DNA of 64,000 bases, from NCBI GenBank assembly GCA_963741295.1, contig CAVUHI010000001.1, forward strand, positions 18,275 to 82,274, given 5' to 3'. The translations under genes and the position numbers were made by a program. Below are positions 22,101 to 30,877 of the stretch, piece by piece. A model generated the notes under the pieces. It made no database searches. It had not been told where the DNA came from and worked only from the letters and a program-made list of their open reading frames with translations. Origin of the DNA: Candidatus Bathyarchaeota archaeon (GTDB lineage: Archaea; Thermoproteota; Bathyarchaeia; Bathyarchaeales; Bathycorpusculaceae). The first letter of the stretch is position 1. Every line of letters starts with the position of its first letter.

Positions 22101-23107
22101 ATCTTAACACAAAAAAGATTAAGGTGGAAGTGGAGTTAAAAAGGTCTGGGTAGAAAGCTTGGGCAGCAACTGCAATGTTTTCGGCGATTCTGGGACCTGC
22201 TTCAGCAAATAGATCTCCGTCGACGACGATTATTCGATTGTTTTGAATTGCACTAATCGAACTCCAGCCTGGTCTTTCTTTCACCTGCGCCACACTTCCA
22301 TAGAACGGTTTGTCTCCTGGGTTTGCCATGTCGGTTGGTAGCATTATAACATCAGGGTTCTTTTGAACAATTGTCTCTGAGCTGACGGTAGGATATTGCT
22401 GTGTTTCGTTTTCAAAGATGTTTATTCCTCCGGCTTTTGCGATTACATCATTGATGAACGATGTTGAACCTGCCGACATTAATGGGTCGGGATACCAGAC
22501 CTCATAGTAAACCAGCGGCTTAGTCTCATTCGCGGCTGCTATCTTCGCTTCTATGGTATCAATTTTATTGTTTATGGAATTCACTAATGTTGTTGCGTTT
22601 TGGTCTGCTCCTGTTGCTTTGCCAACCATTGTGATATCTTTGAGCACTCCATTAACATCGTTGGGATTTAGGACCAATACTTTGTAGCCTAAGCTTCTAA
22701 GTGTAACAACGTCAGGATCATTGATGGGTGTGGCGAGAATTAGGTCTGGGTGCAATGAAGCAATGGCTTCTTTGTTAGGTGTGGAAAAGCCTCCAACACT
22801 TGTCATGTTGCCTGCGGCTATCCAAGCGGTGAAATTGTAGGGGAGGTGGTCGTAATCGGTTACACCTACAACTTTGTCGCCCACGCCTACGGCGAAAAGG
22901 ATTTGAGTGTTACTTGGAGCTAGCGAAATGATTTTTTGAGGAACTGAGGTGAAATTGGTTGTGTATCCTTCGTCATCTATAACTGATAAAGTTTTGAGAA
23001 TTTGTTTTGTTTGAACCTGCATTGTTGTTGGTGTAAATGAAAGCGCCAGAAACGATTACGACGATTATTAATACTGCGGCAATAGAAATTGTAACTTTTT
23101 TGTTCAT
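22075..23107 (-). CDS. btuF: cobalamin-binding protein of the ABC transporter, frameshift near 22980-23020
   Basis: IISLAPSNTQILFAVG and PDLIL; the signal-anchor ORF starts at ATG 23107. Confidence 0.85.
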
Positions 23108-23318
23108 TTTTTCCTTTAAACCCCTTATATCTGGATGGATTATCCAGCCCAATATATAAACTTTGACACAAAAATCAACAAAGGATCAAACCTCAAAAAG
23201 TTGATGCCGCATTTGAACTGTTGTTGTATCGATACAGCCACTTACGTTTAAGAATGCAATCGTCAACCAATAAAGATAGTTTTATCGATCGTTTTTTGAT
23301 TCTTGAGGAGGTGGATTT

Positions 23319-23519
23319 ATGGAAACAGCAGAAAAAGCCGGTAAAGTAAAGTTTACTTTTGAAATGGAACTAAACAAGCCAGTGATGGATCTAGTTAGGC
23401 AAGACATTGACATGATGATGGATTTAGCTGCGCAGGGCGCTGACATCTGGAGAAAGAACATGGGAGAAAGAAGAAAGATGGGCCACGGCATGGGCATGAT
23501 GATGCATGGTCAAGAATAA
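23319..23519 (+). CDS. small Met-rich hypothetical protein
   Basis: GGAGGTG RBS, 66 aa. Confidence 0.6.
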   Translation: METAEKAGKVKFTFEMELNKPVMDLVRQDIDMMMDLAAQGADIWRKNMGERRKMGHGMGMMMHGQE

Positions 23520-23529
23520 GCTCTCGAGC

Positions 23530-24306
23530 TTAAAGGTAATCCATGCTAAACGGCGGTTCATCCGCTACCGAAGCAATAATTTGCTCGGCAAATTCCTCTT
23601 GTTCTTTTTCGCCAGTGACAGCTATCCAGCATCCGCCTTCTGCACCGCAAACTCCTCCAGCGGCAATTAACTCCACGGTGGCTGCAGTCAGAGCCGTCAG
23701 GGCATCTATTTCCGTGAACACTTCTCCATTAACTGGCAGCAAACGATATCCTCCTGTGCCAGGGGCATTAAGTTTATCAGCTAACTCATTTAGATCGCCG
23801 TTTACACGTTTCTCTAAACCAACAGGAATGATTAATCTAACTCTACGACCAACCACTGCAGGTAATGCTAATCCGATGGTTCCTGCTTTGGGGTGACCAA
23901 TCAAAATAGCAGCTTGCTTACGTGTTAAATCCAGCGCGTTTGCTCCTTTCACGATAACATCTCCTTCTTTTAGAGAGTCAATTACGTCAGCGATTGTTTT
24001 TCCTCTTTGCCAGACACCCTTAGTTATCACGACGTCGCCAGGAAATTTGCTTTCATCCGCTAGCCTGCCTTCCTCGGACACCTTTTTGGATGGCGGCAAT
24101 GTTAAACCCCGGAAAAAGTGTTTTCTTGAGAAATCATCGGCTATTTTGTGGATTTTGAGGATTTCTTCAGCTACATAACCATTTGTTGTTCCAGCAACAA
24201 TTACCACGGTCCCATTTCTAAGTGCTTTTGTGATTGCTGGGTGAGTTGCTAAGGTTCTGGCGATTAAACGTTTTCCTGCTTGGGGAGTTAGAAGAAATTG
24301 TTTCAT
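23530..24306 (-). CDS. conserved hypothetical protein
   Basis: 258-aa ORF with GTTNGY, KGANA, PVGLEK and [16 protein letters not shown]. Confidence 0.75.
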   Translation of the reverse strand: MKQFLLTPQAGKRLIARTLATHPAITKALRNGTVVIVAGTTNGYVAEEILKIHKIADDFSRKHFFRGLTLPPSKKVSEEGRLADESKFPGDVVITKGVWQRGKTIADVIDSLKEGDVIVKGANALDLTRKQAAILIGHPKAGTIGLALPAVVGRRVRLIIPVGLEKRVNGDLNELADKLNAPGTGGYRLLPVNGEVFTEIDALTALTAATVELIAAGGVCGAEGGCWIAVTGEKEQEEFAEQIIASVADEPPFSMDYL

Positions 24307-24447
24307 TTAACCTCATCTTGATTCATTAAAACATATAATAGTCAATAAAAGTTTTGTACAGATAACTCACTTCTTAGAAAACCCAAAGTTTCTTCGGTTG
24401 GATAGAACAGCTTTAAATGCAAGCACGCCTTAGAATGGAAGGTTTAA

Positions 24448-24725
24448 TGGTGAGTATTTTGGCTCAAAAAGTTCATGGAAGAATAACTAATTACCGCACT
24501 GGGATTAGAGAACAAACATCTCAAGAATGTTTAATTGAATTTGAAAACGTTACCTCAGTTGCCCTTGCAAGTAAACTAATCGGACAAAAGGTTACATGGC
24601 AGAATGGAACAAAAAAGCTTGTGGGAAAAGTTAGGGGTCCGCATGGAAAGAACGGCATGGTTAGAGTAAGGTTTGTACGTGGCGTTCCAGGACAAGCAAT
24701 CGGTTCAGTCGTTGAACTAAGCTAG
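24448..24725 (+). CDS. rpl35ae: 50S ribosomal protein L35Ae (start uncertain; ORF open from 24417)
   Basis: GKV..PHGKNGMVRVRF..GVPGQAIG. Confidence 0.88.
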
Positions 24726-24763
24726 CTAAAAAACTGTTTAGTTTTCTTTAAAAAAAACTGTTT

Positions 24764-24934
24764 TTATAATTCGCCTTCGTCGGGACCTTCATAGACGTAT
24801 TCGATTATTTCGATTTTTCCATCTCTAATCAGAACTTGGTAGTCTGCTTCGCATATTGGACATGCAACGATTTCGCCGTCTTTTAGTCCCTCGCGTCTGA
24901 AGGTGTTTCCACAGTCAGTGCATTTTAGGATCAT
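24764..24934 (-). CDS. LysW-like Zn-ribbon protein (56 aa, not in the ORF track)
   Basis: Manual translation MILKCTDCG...GEIVACPICEADYQV...EYVYEGPDEGEL; 11 nt after the aIF1A stop. Confidence 0.75.
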   Translation of the reverse strand: MILKCTDCGNTFRREGLKDGEIVACPICEADYQVLIRDGKIEIIEYVYEGPDEGEL

Positions 24935-24945
24935 GTTTTGTTCTC

Positions 24946-25254
24946 TTACTCCATTTTGAGGTAGTTGTGGCTTCTTAGCCAGTCAGATTGGTTTTTGCGG
25001 TAACGCCAAAATATGTCGCCCCTAGTGTCGGACTGAAAATCCCAAGGCGAAACTAGAACGACATCGCCTTCACGAATCCAAACACGCCTTTTTAGTTTGC
25101 CGCGAACTCTACACATTCGTTCTTTGCCATCTTGACATTTAACCGTGATTCTTTCGGCACCGAGCATCTTGACTGCCACACCCAACACATCGTTTGAGGA
25201 AGGTAGAACCATGCTGTCGAGGCTGCCCTCGTTTGTAATTTTTCGTTTACCCAT
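24946..25254 (-). CDS. eif1a: translation initiation factor aIF-1A
   Basis: MLGAERI.V.CQDG, RGKLKRRVWIREGDVVLVSPWDFQ. Confidence 0.95.
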   Translation of the reverse strand: MGKRKITNEGSLDSMVLPSSNDVLGVAVKMLGAERITVKCQDGKERMCRVRGKLKRRVWIREGDVVLVSPWDFQSDTRGDIFWRYRKNQSDWLRSHNYLKME

Positions 25255-25624
25255 TTTTTTACACCTATTTGGCTTACGCCAACTAATAATCAGAATAGTT
25301 TTGAGAAAAAGCAATAAGTGGTCTAACTCTTCCTCTAAAGAATTCTAACCTTAACCACTATGGGATGTAGCAGGTATATTAGGTTAGCTTACTCAAATTG
25401 TTTTTTTTACATGATTTTAAGACATTTTTCAAAAATAAATTTTAAAAAGACCCAATATTCAAAAATCACCTTGAATTTTTTCTGTTTTCCAAAAAAGTCT
25501 TTTATTATCCATTCCTTTATAAGCACGCAGCGACACTCAAGGGTGAAGAGTTTCTTTTATCCTCTTGGATAACCTGATTGAATAACGGATCCTTTTCAAA
25601 AAAACAAATGAGAGGTAAATAGCT

Positions 25625-25759
25625 TTGTGTATGTTAAGAGCAGGTTTAGTTAAAAATTGCCGCAGATGTAAATCATCAGTCCGACTAAATTGTGTCCTAA
25701 GGAAGAAGTCTGGAAAGAAGAATTACACCGACAACAAGAAACGAACCGGTTCAGAATAA
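25625..25759 (+). CDS. small basic Cys-containing protein (~44 aa, not in the ORF track)
   Basis: (M)CMLRAGLVKNCRRCKSSVRLNCVLRKK...; GAGGT RBS at 25612-25616. Confidence 0.5.
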   Translation: MCMLRAGLVKNCRRCKSSVRLNCVLRKKSGKKNYTDNKKRTGSE

Positions 25760-25944
25760 AAACCAAATTCATTCAAAATAACGAGTTTTTTCTCGTTCCT
25801 TAGATTTTATTTTTAGAATTCTTAAATTTTTAATATCAAACTTTATTTTAAAGTCCATCTTTCGTTGGATAGCACAATTTTTAGAAGATAATAAAAATAA
25901 AAAAAGAAAATTATTAAAGATTTTAAAGATATTTAGCTAAAAGC

Positions 25945-26085
25945 TTAGTATCTTCGTGGTGGTCTTCGTTTTGAGTAGCACTCTCGGCAGTAAACTGGCC
26001 TTGTACCGTCTGGCTTGAAAGGAACATCACATTCTTTTCCGCAGTCAGCGCAAGTTGCCTTGTGCATCTCTTTGTTATTATACAT
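25945..26085 (-). CDS. CxxC-x17-CxxC zinc-finger protein (46 aa, not in the ORF track)
   Basis: MYNNKEMHKATCADCGKECDVPFKPDGTRPVYCRECYSKRRPPRRY; AGGAG RBS; TATA ~26161-26168. Confidence 0.9.
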   Translation of the reverse strand: MYNNKEMHKATCADCGKECDVPFKPDGTRPVYCRECYSKRRPPRRY

Positions 26086-26428
26086 TCGCTATTTCAACTC
26101 CTACTACTTTGGCTGTGCAAAAGTCTCTTCCGCACAGTAACATCTAACTAATGTTCGATGCTTATAAATTGAGTGCTTCAATAATAACAATTAAAACTTT
26201 AGGAAAAACGTTTCACACACTTAGATTCCAATTTAAGCCTGAGTAAAGGACTTTTCGGGGAGAAAAGTTGTTTAGACTAAACTGCTTAATTCCCGATTTC
26301 CATCGTCAACCTAATATAGTTAACATTGTATTATTAGGTAAATACTCGGGTAATTGAGAAAAAGTGTGAAATGGCATCCCTGCATTTGCTTTTTCTCTTA
26401 ACTTTGACTATAATTTGAGAGGGGTAAT

Positions 26429-27046
26429 TTGAGACAGAAAAAATCAACATTAGGCGAGCATCTTGCGCTTCTTTCAGTGAAATACAACATTTATCCTAAC
26501 GAAGTTTTTCAAGCTTTGATTTCTGCAAGAAACAATGAGAAAGCAGTCTGCGGAAACCTGACAGTTGAATACCGCGGCAAAGTGAAAGGCGAAACAATTT
26601 TTCTAATAACAAAAGATAGCGCGGTTGTTGCACAGTTCCGAGTTGGCGAAGAATTTCTTCTCAGAAAAGATAACCCCTTCGAAAGTTGGATGAGTACCGA
26701 CAAAATACGCAAGAAAATTGCTAAGCAAAACACTGAATCTATCTACACTTCAATCCATGATTTGAGGGCAGGTATGAAACGAGTTAATTTGAAAGCGGAA
26801 GTCATAGAGATTCCTAAACCCGCCCAAGTTCACACCCAATTCGGCAATACAGTCATGGTAGTCAACGCATTGGTTGGAGATGACACTGGAAAAACCAAAC
26901 TCTGCCTCTGGGAAGGACAAATAGGCACCATCGCAGTCGGTAACAACATTGAATTAAGGAATGCTCAGGTGTGCGTTTTTAGGGGCGAAAGACAACTTCG
27001 GCTTGGGAAGAACGGTGTTCTTAACGTGTTGTCAAGTCTCAGCTGA
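26429..27046 (+). CDS. OB-fold single-stranded nucleic-acid-binding (RPA/SSB-like) protein with an uncharacterised N-terminal domain
   Basis: IHDLRAGMKRVNLKAEV...GDDTGKTKLCLW...LRLGKNG. Confidence 0.82.
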   Translation: MRQKKSTLGEHLALLSVKYNIYPNEVFQALISARNNEKAVCGNLTVEYRGKVKGETIFLITKDSAVVAQFRVGEEFLLRKDNPFESWMSTDKIRKKIAKQNTESIYTSIHDLRAGMKRVNLKAEVIEIPKPAQVHTQFGNTVMVVNALVGDDTGKTKLCLWEGQIGTIAVGNNIELRNAQVCVFRGERQLRLGKNGVLNVLSSLS

Positions 27047-27129
27047 AAGCGCAAAGCAGCAATTAGCAACTGCGGCAGTTAGATAAAAAATAAATTTTTT
27101 TTAAAAAAAACTAATATTTTTTATTTCTG

Positions 27130-27339
27130 TTATTTCCAGTCGGTTCTACGTCTGGACCAAGCTTGCTCTTTGTTAGAATCAGCGCTTGAACCTTTATGTT
27201 CAGTGCCCCTTGGTGTGCTGTGTTTAGCTAAGCATTCTCGACAGTAAACTGGTTTTCCAGCTGTTGGTTTAAAGGGGACAGTGGCGGATTTGCCGCAATC
27301 ACTACATTTAATTTCGGTTACATTTGTTCTTTGAGACAT
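27130..27339 (-). CDS. CxxC-x17-CxxC zinc-finger protein
   Basis: CSDCGKSATVPFKPTAGKPVYCREC. Confidence 0.9.
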   Translation of the reverse strand: MSQRTNVTEIKCSDCGKSATVPFKPTAGKPVYCRECLAKHSTPRGTEHKGSSADSNKEQAWSRRRTDWK

Positions 27340-27877
27340 TAAATTACTCCATATTATTGTGAAAATTCGGAAAAAGTTCCTATTTTTCGAGTATTTAAAG
27401 GTGGAAGTTTGACTTAAACTTTTCCATTAACTTATCAACCAAAGAAACTAGAAAAACAAAGCCCCGCAAAAATGCATAAAGCTATATGTGAAAGCTTCAC
27501 TAAACGATTTTGGAACAAAAATAAATAACTGCATAAAAGAAAACATCGGTTGACCCTAAGCTCCTACAAGAAAGCTAACTAAGCCTCCTATCTTAAAAAC
27601 AACTAAACAACACCCAAAACTAAGAAGAAATGTTTGGTAATCTTTGAAGCTCACTAAAGACAATCGTGCACTCAATTTTTTTCCAAATTCATCTTATGGT
27701 GAAATTCTGTGGTGGATGTGAATCTCGATTTAACAGCACCAAGGTTTAATCTGTTTGCTCCAATCTACCAACATTAAACAAAAGATTTTCCCAGCCTTTG
27801 TTGGAGTTTTAGGAAGACGGTTTTTATAGATGTATGAAGTATTTGGTGGGGTAAGAGAGAAGAGGGAATAGTGTTAA

Positions 27878-28531
27878 TTGACCCTTATTGTTGATGATGC
27901 GGGCAGCGGCGATTTACTGTACGGAGTTGTAGTTGGCGCGTATCATGAGCCGACGGACGAATTCAAATATGACTTAATCGACGTCAGGTTCTACCAAGAC
28001 ATTTTTCGCGAAAAAGAGTACCTACAAGAATCCAGCCGCGTCGTCTCCAAGCTTGTTTCGAAGTTTAATCTGGCTCCTGAAGAGGAAATTCACATTTGCC
28101 AAGGCTGCATCTTCGACGTTGCCGCCGAGGAACTCCAAAAAGTCTACGGAGAAAGCCGCGTTAAACGTATCCGTGTCGTCGGTGAAACGCAACGGCTCGT
28201 AGAAATCGCATATCTGGATGAAATCCGCAACTTAGGCTATGAACCACTTGCGGAGCGCGAAGAGAAACGGGGCAAAAGTTTCTTCCATATGATGCGTTGG
28301 CTAAAAAACAACCCAGAAATGTTACAGTACGCAAAAACCGGTTGGCCACGCCTAAAGAACTATCAAATGTTCAAGCAGTTCCAAGCCTCACAAGCCTTCA
28401 AAGCCGTGTGCAGCGAATGCGGAGCCGAATGTGAAGTACCCTTCAAACCCAAAACAGACAAACCCGTGTACTGCCAGAAATGCTGGTTAAACCATAAACC
28501 TCAACGTAAAGGAAACGCAGTAAAACACTAA
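27878..28531 (+). CDS. RNase H-fold (RNase HII-like) protein fused to a C-terminal CxxC-x17-CxxC finger
   Basis: N-terminal VDDAGSGDLLYGVVV resembles RNase HII xDEAGRG; C-terminal CSECG..VPFKPKTDKPVYCQKC. Confidence 0.7.
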   Translation: MTLIVDDAGSGDLLYGVVVGAYHEPTDEFKYDLIDVRFYQDIFREKEYLQESSRVVSKLVSKFNLAPEEEIHICQGCIFDVAAEELQKVYGESRVKRIRVVGETQRLVEIAYLDEIRNLGYEPLAEREEKRGKSFFHMMRWLKNNPEMLQYAKTGWPRLKNYQMFKQFQASQAFKAVCSECGAECEVPFKPKTDKPVYCQKCWLNHKPQRKGNAVKH

Positions 28532-28546
28532 ACTTTGGTATAAAAC

Positions 28547-28861
28547 ATGAATGTAATCTTCAGTTTCAATTCAGATTGGTATGTCCTCCTGTTCGGGTTC
28601 TTAGCAGCCTGGGCTTTCTTGATGGTTATTCGCGGTAAAGGAATAGCGAAACACGAGCTTAAACAGCAGGTGTTCCTAGCGTTCGGAGGAATGATTTCAC
28701 TGGCGCTCATGGAATTCTTCGCCGTGTCGACAGGACTCTGGAATTACACTCCCGGTAACTGGCCCGTGATATTGTGGCCCACTTACTTCGTCGCCATCCT
28801 CTTTGGTTACCAACTGCTCCGTAGCGTTGAAAGCATATTCCCTCACCGACCCGTCATCTAG
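28547..28861 (+). CDS. small membrane protein
   Basis: Three hydrophobic helices; E.FAV..GLW.Y motif. Confidence 0.7.
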   Translation: MNVIFSFNSDWYVLLFGFLAAWAFLMVIRGKGIAKHELKQQVFLAFGGMISLALMEFFAVSTGLWNYTPGNWPVILWPTYFVAILFGYQLLRSVESIFPHRPVI

Positions 28862-28921
28862 TTTTTGGGCTTGAATGCTTAAATACCGATTTACCAACTT
28901 TTTTAGTGGTAGTGTTTTAGT

Positions 28922-29434
28922 TTGGCTTCTAACATTAAACAAGTTACTCACGAGGTTGTTTGGGCAGGTAAACCCTGGATTGCTCCAGCAGCCATCGTTC
29001 GAACCGTTACCGTCATCGTGCTCGCGATTCTTTTTCTATCACTTGAATTCTACTCTGGCGGAGCCGCGTTGAGTCTGATTGGATTGTCAGTTTGGGCTTG
29101 GACAATTCTGCTGTTTACCATAATTTGGCTCATCAGCATGCTTGATCTCCTAGTTTTTCGCGCCTCAAATAACTATATTCTAAGACAGGATGGATTAGAA
29201 GTCAAGCGCGGCATATTGCGGCTGAATTCATTTGTGGTTACGCCGTCGGGTTTCGGCGACTTACTCGTGTTCCAATCTATCGGGGGCAGAATCTTCGGTT
29301 ATGGCGACTTAACGGTTAACTCGCAGGGGGAAAGAGAAACCAGACTGAGGCTTGTTCGCCACCCCTACAACGTAGCAGACACGATGCGTGACATAATGGG
29401 TAAACCCATCGTCCGCATAGAAGGCCACGTCTAA
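28922..29434 (+). CDS. membrane protein with a bacterial PH (bPH_2) domain
   Basis: Two TM helices, then RGIL...QSIGGRIFGYGDL. Confidence 0.8.
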   Translation: MASNIKQVTHEVVWAGKPWIAPAAIVRTVTVIVLAILFLSLEFYSGGAALSLIGLSVWAWTILLFTIIWLISMLDLLVFRASNNYILRQDGLEVKRGILRLNSFVVTPSGFGDLLVFQSIGGRIFGYGDLTVNSQGERETRLRLVRHPYNVADTMRDIMGKPIVRIEGHV

Positions 29435-29720
29435 CACATTGAGTTTTATTCGATGCCTGCAGAGAACCGGCTGCATCACATCCCACTGTTCCGAGAGTTT
29501 GCGTTTGGTGTGTAATTGTTTAAGGTTGAAACTATGGAGATACATTAAGGCTTCATTTGTTTACAATTATATCTTTAGCTGCAAGCAAATGCTCAACTTA
29601 TTTATTTGTTGTTAGACAACTGAACATATTTTCATAAATGTTATGAACATTTCTTAAAACCCTTTAAATCCCATCCAGCACACACAAAAATCAGAGCAAA
29701 ACAAATGCGGTGGATATGGT

Positions 29721-29846
29721 ATGCTGGATTTAGCAACTCAAGAATTGTGCTGTGAAGGCATGTTTACCTTGCCCTTCATATTCATGGGCACCCCAGCCCC
29801 GGCTTCAGTTCAAGCCAAGAGCAGTAAACAAGGTGAACTTGCATGA
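29721..29846 (+). CDS. putative micro-protein 1 (41 aa)
   Basis: GGTGG RBS-like motif; stop overlaps the next start (ATGA). Confidence 0.4.
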   Translation: MLDLATQELCCEGMFTLPFIFMGTPAPASVQAKSSKQGELA

Positions 29847-29947
29847 ACAGAACCATTATCTTGGATTGCCAAACCAAAACCGCCATTCCCTGCTCCGAAG
29901 ACCGCATCGCCTATAAAACCTGCAGCGCTCACACCCAAAAAGGGTAG
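29843..29947 (+). CDS. putative micro-protein 2 (34 aa, 3 Cys)
   Basis: GGTGA RBS at 29832-29836; ATGA coupling. Confidence 0.45.
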   Translation: MNRTIILDCQTKTAIPCSEDRIAYKTCSAHTQKG

Positions 29948-29957
29948 CGGCGTATAC

Positions 29958-30035
29958 ATGGGCATGTTACATAGCCTTATAAGAGAAAAACACCCATGCA
30001 CCATGTCTCAGGAGGAGGCGAAAAAAAAGTGTTGA
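29958..30035 (+). CDS. putative micro-protein 3 (25 aa)
   Basis: Starts 10 nt after the ORF2 stop; its stop overlaps the start of ORF4. Confidence 0.3.
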   Translation: MGMLHSLIREKHPCTMSQEEAKKKC

Positions 30036-30154
30036 GTAGAGACTGCGACGGCTGTACACTTCTGCACATGTGCAGTGAAAGATACAGACGAGTCAGCAAA
30101 GACGAGAAAGTTTACTGTCCAGATGGAACCGCACACCTAGTAGACCAAAATTAA
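30029..30154 (+). CDS. putative Cys/His metal-binding micro-protein 4 (41 aa)
   Basis: Strong GGAGGAGG RBS; MLSRDCDGCTLLHMC...YCPDGTAHLVDQN; T-rich tract downstream. Confidence 0.65.
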   Translation: MLSRDCDGCTLLHMCSERYRRVSKDEKVYCPDGTAHLVDQN

Positions 30155-30177
30155 ACCCCAACTTTTCCTAATTTTTA

Positions 30178-30771
30178 TTGTTTTATGGGGCAAAAGCAGA
30201 AATGCAAGCGTATCGCAATATCGTTTTGATTGGTGATTGTGTGGATAAAGCCGATTTCTTGATGTGGAACCGCAAGTACGATAAGGCGTTTGGTTGGCAG
30301 GCGCAACGGGAGCGGGAACTCGGCGCAAAATTCCGAAAAAACAAATCCTTGACCTGCAAGGATTTAGCTGCAATTGTTGAATGGAAATTCAAGGGCGATG
30401 AAGAAAAGAAAGCGCGAAGCTTGGAGTTGGTAGCTCGCAATGACGAAGCCACGGTCAGTCGATTAACAAGCCAAGCGTTGAGCATTCCGGGTTGCGAAGA
30501 TGGCTACCGCATGAACTGCCTTACTCTGCTCGAAGGAGTCAGCCCCATCCTCGCCAGCATCATCCTTACATTCTTTGACCCTAAAACCTACTGCATCCTC
30601 GATGCCCACACTTGGAAAGCACTGTTAGGCAATGTACCCCCAAACATGCAAACCACCCAAAACTACCTCGTCCTACTTGCCGTCATCAGAAAAACCGCAG
30701 CCAAACAAAAACTGGATGTTAGGATAATCGACAAAGCATTTTTCAAAAAAGCCCTCGACGAATCCAAGTAG
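30178..30771 (+). CDS. hypothetical protein, HhH-GPD/glycosylase-like helical fold
   Basis: IVEWKF, L.GVSPILASIIL, ILDAH and IDKAFF. Confidence 0.6.
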   Translation: MFYGAKAEMQAYRNIVLIGDCVDKADFLMWNRKYDKAFGWQAQRERELGAKFRKNKSLTCKDLAAIVEWKFKGDEEKKARSLELVARNDEATVSRLTSQALSIPGCEDGYRMNCLTLLEGVSPILASIILTFFDPKTYCILDAHTWKALLGNVPPNMQTTQNYLVLLAVIRKTAAKQKLDVRIIDKAFFKKALDESK

Positions 30772-30877
30772 AATGAAGAGATAATCAATTCTCGCCTAGT
30801 TCAGATTCGACGCAGTTTTTTCGATAAGTTATTAAGCGTGATTTAGCCCCAACTAGATTCGTCGTAAGGTTGGGAGT

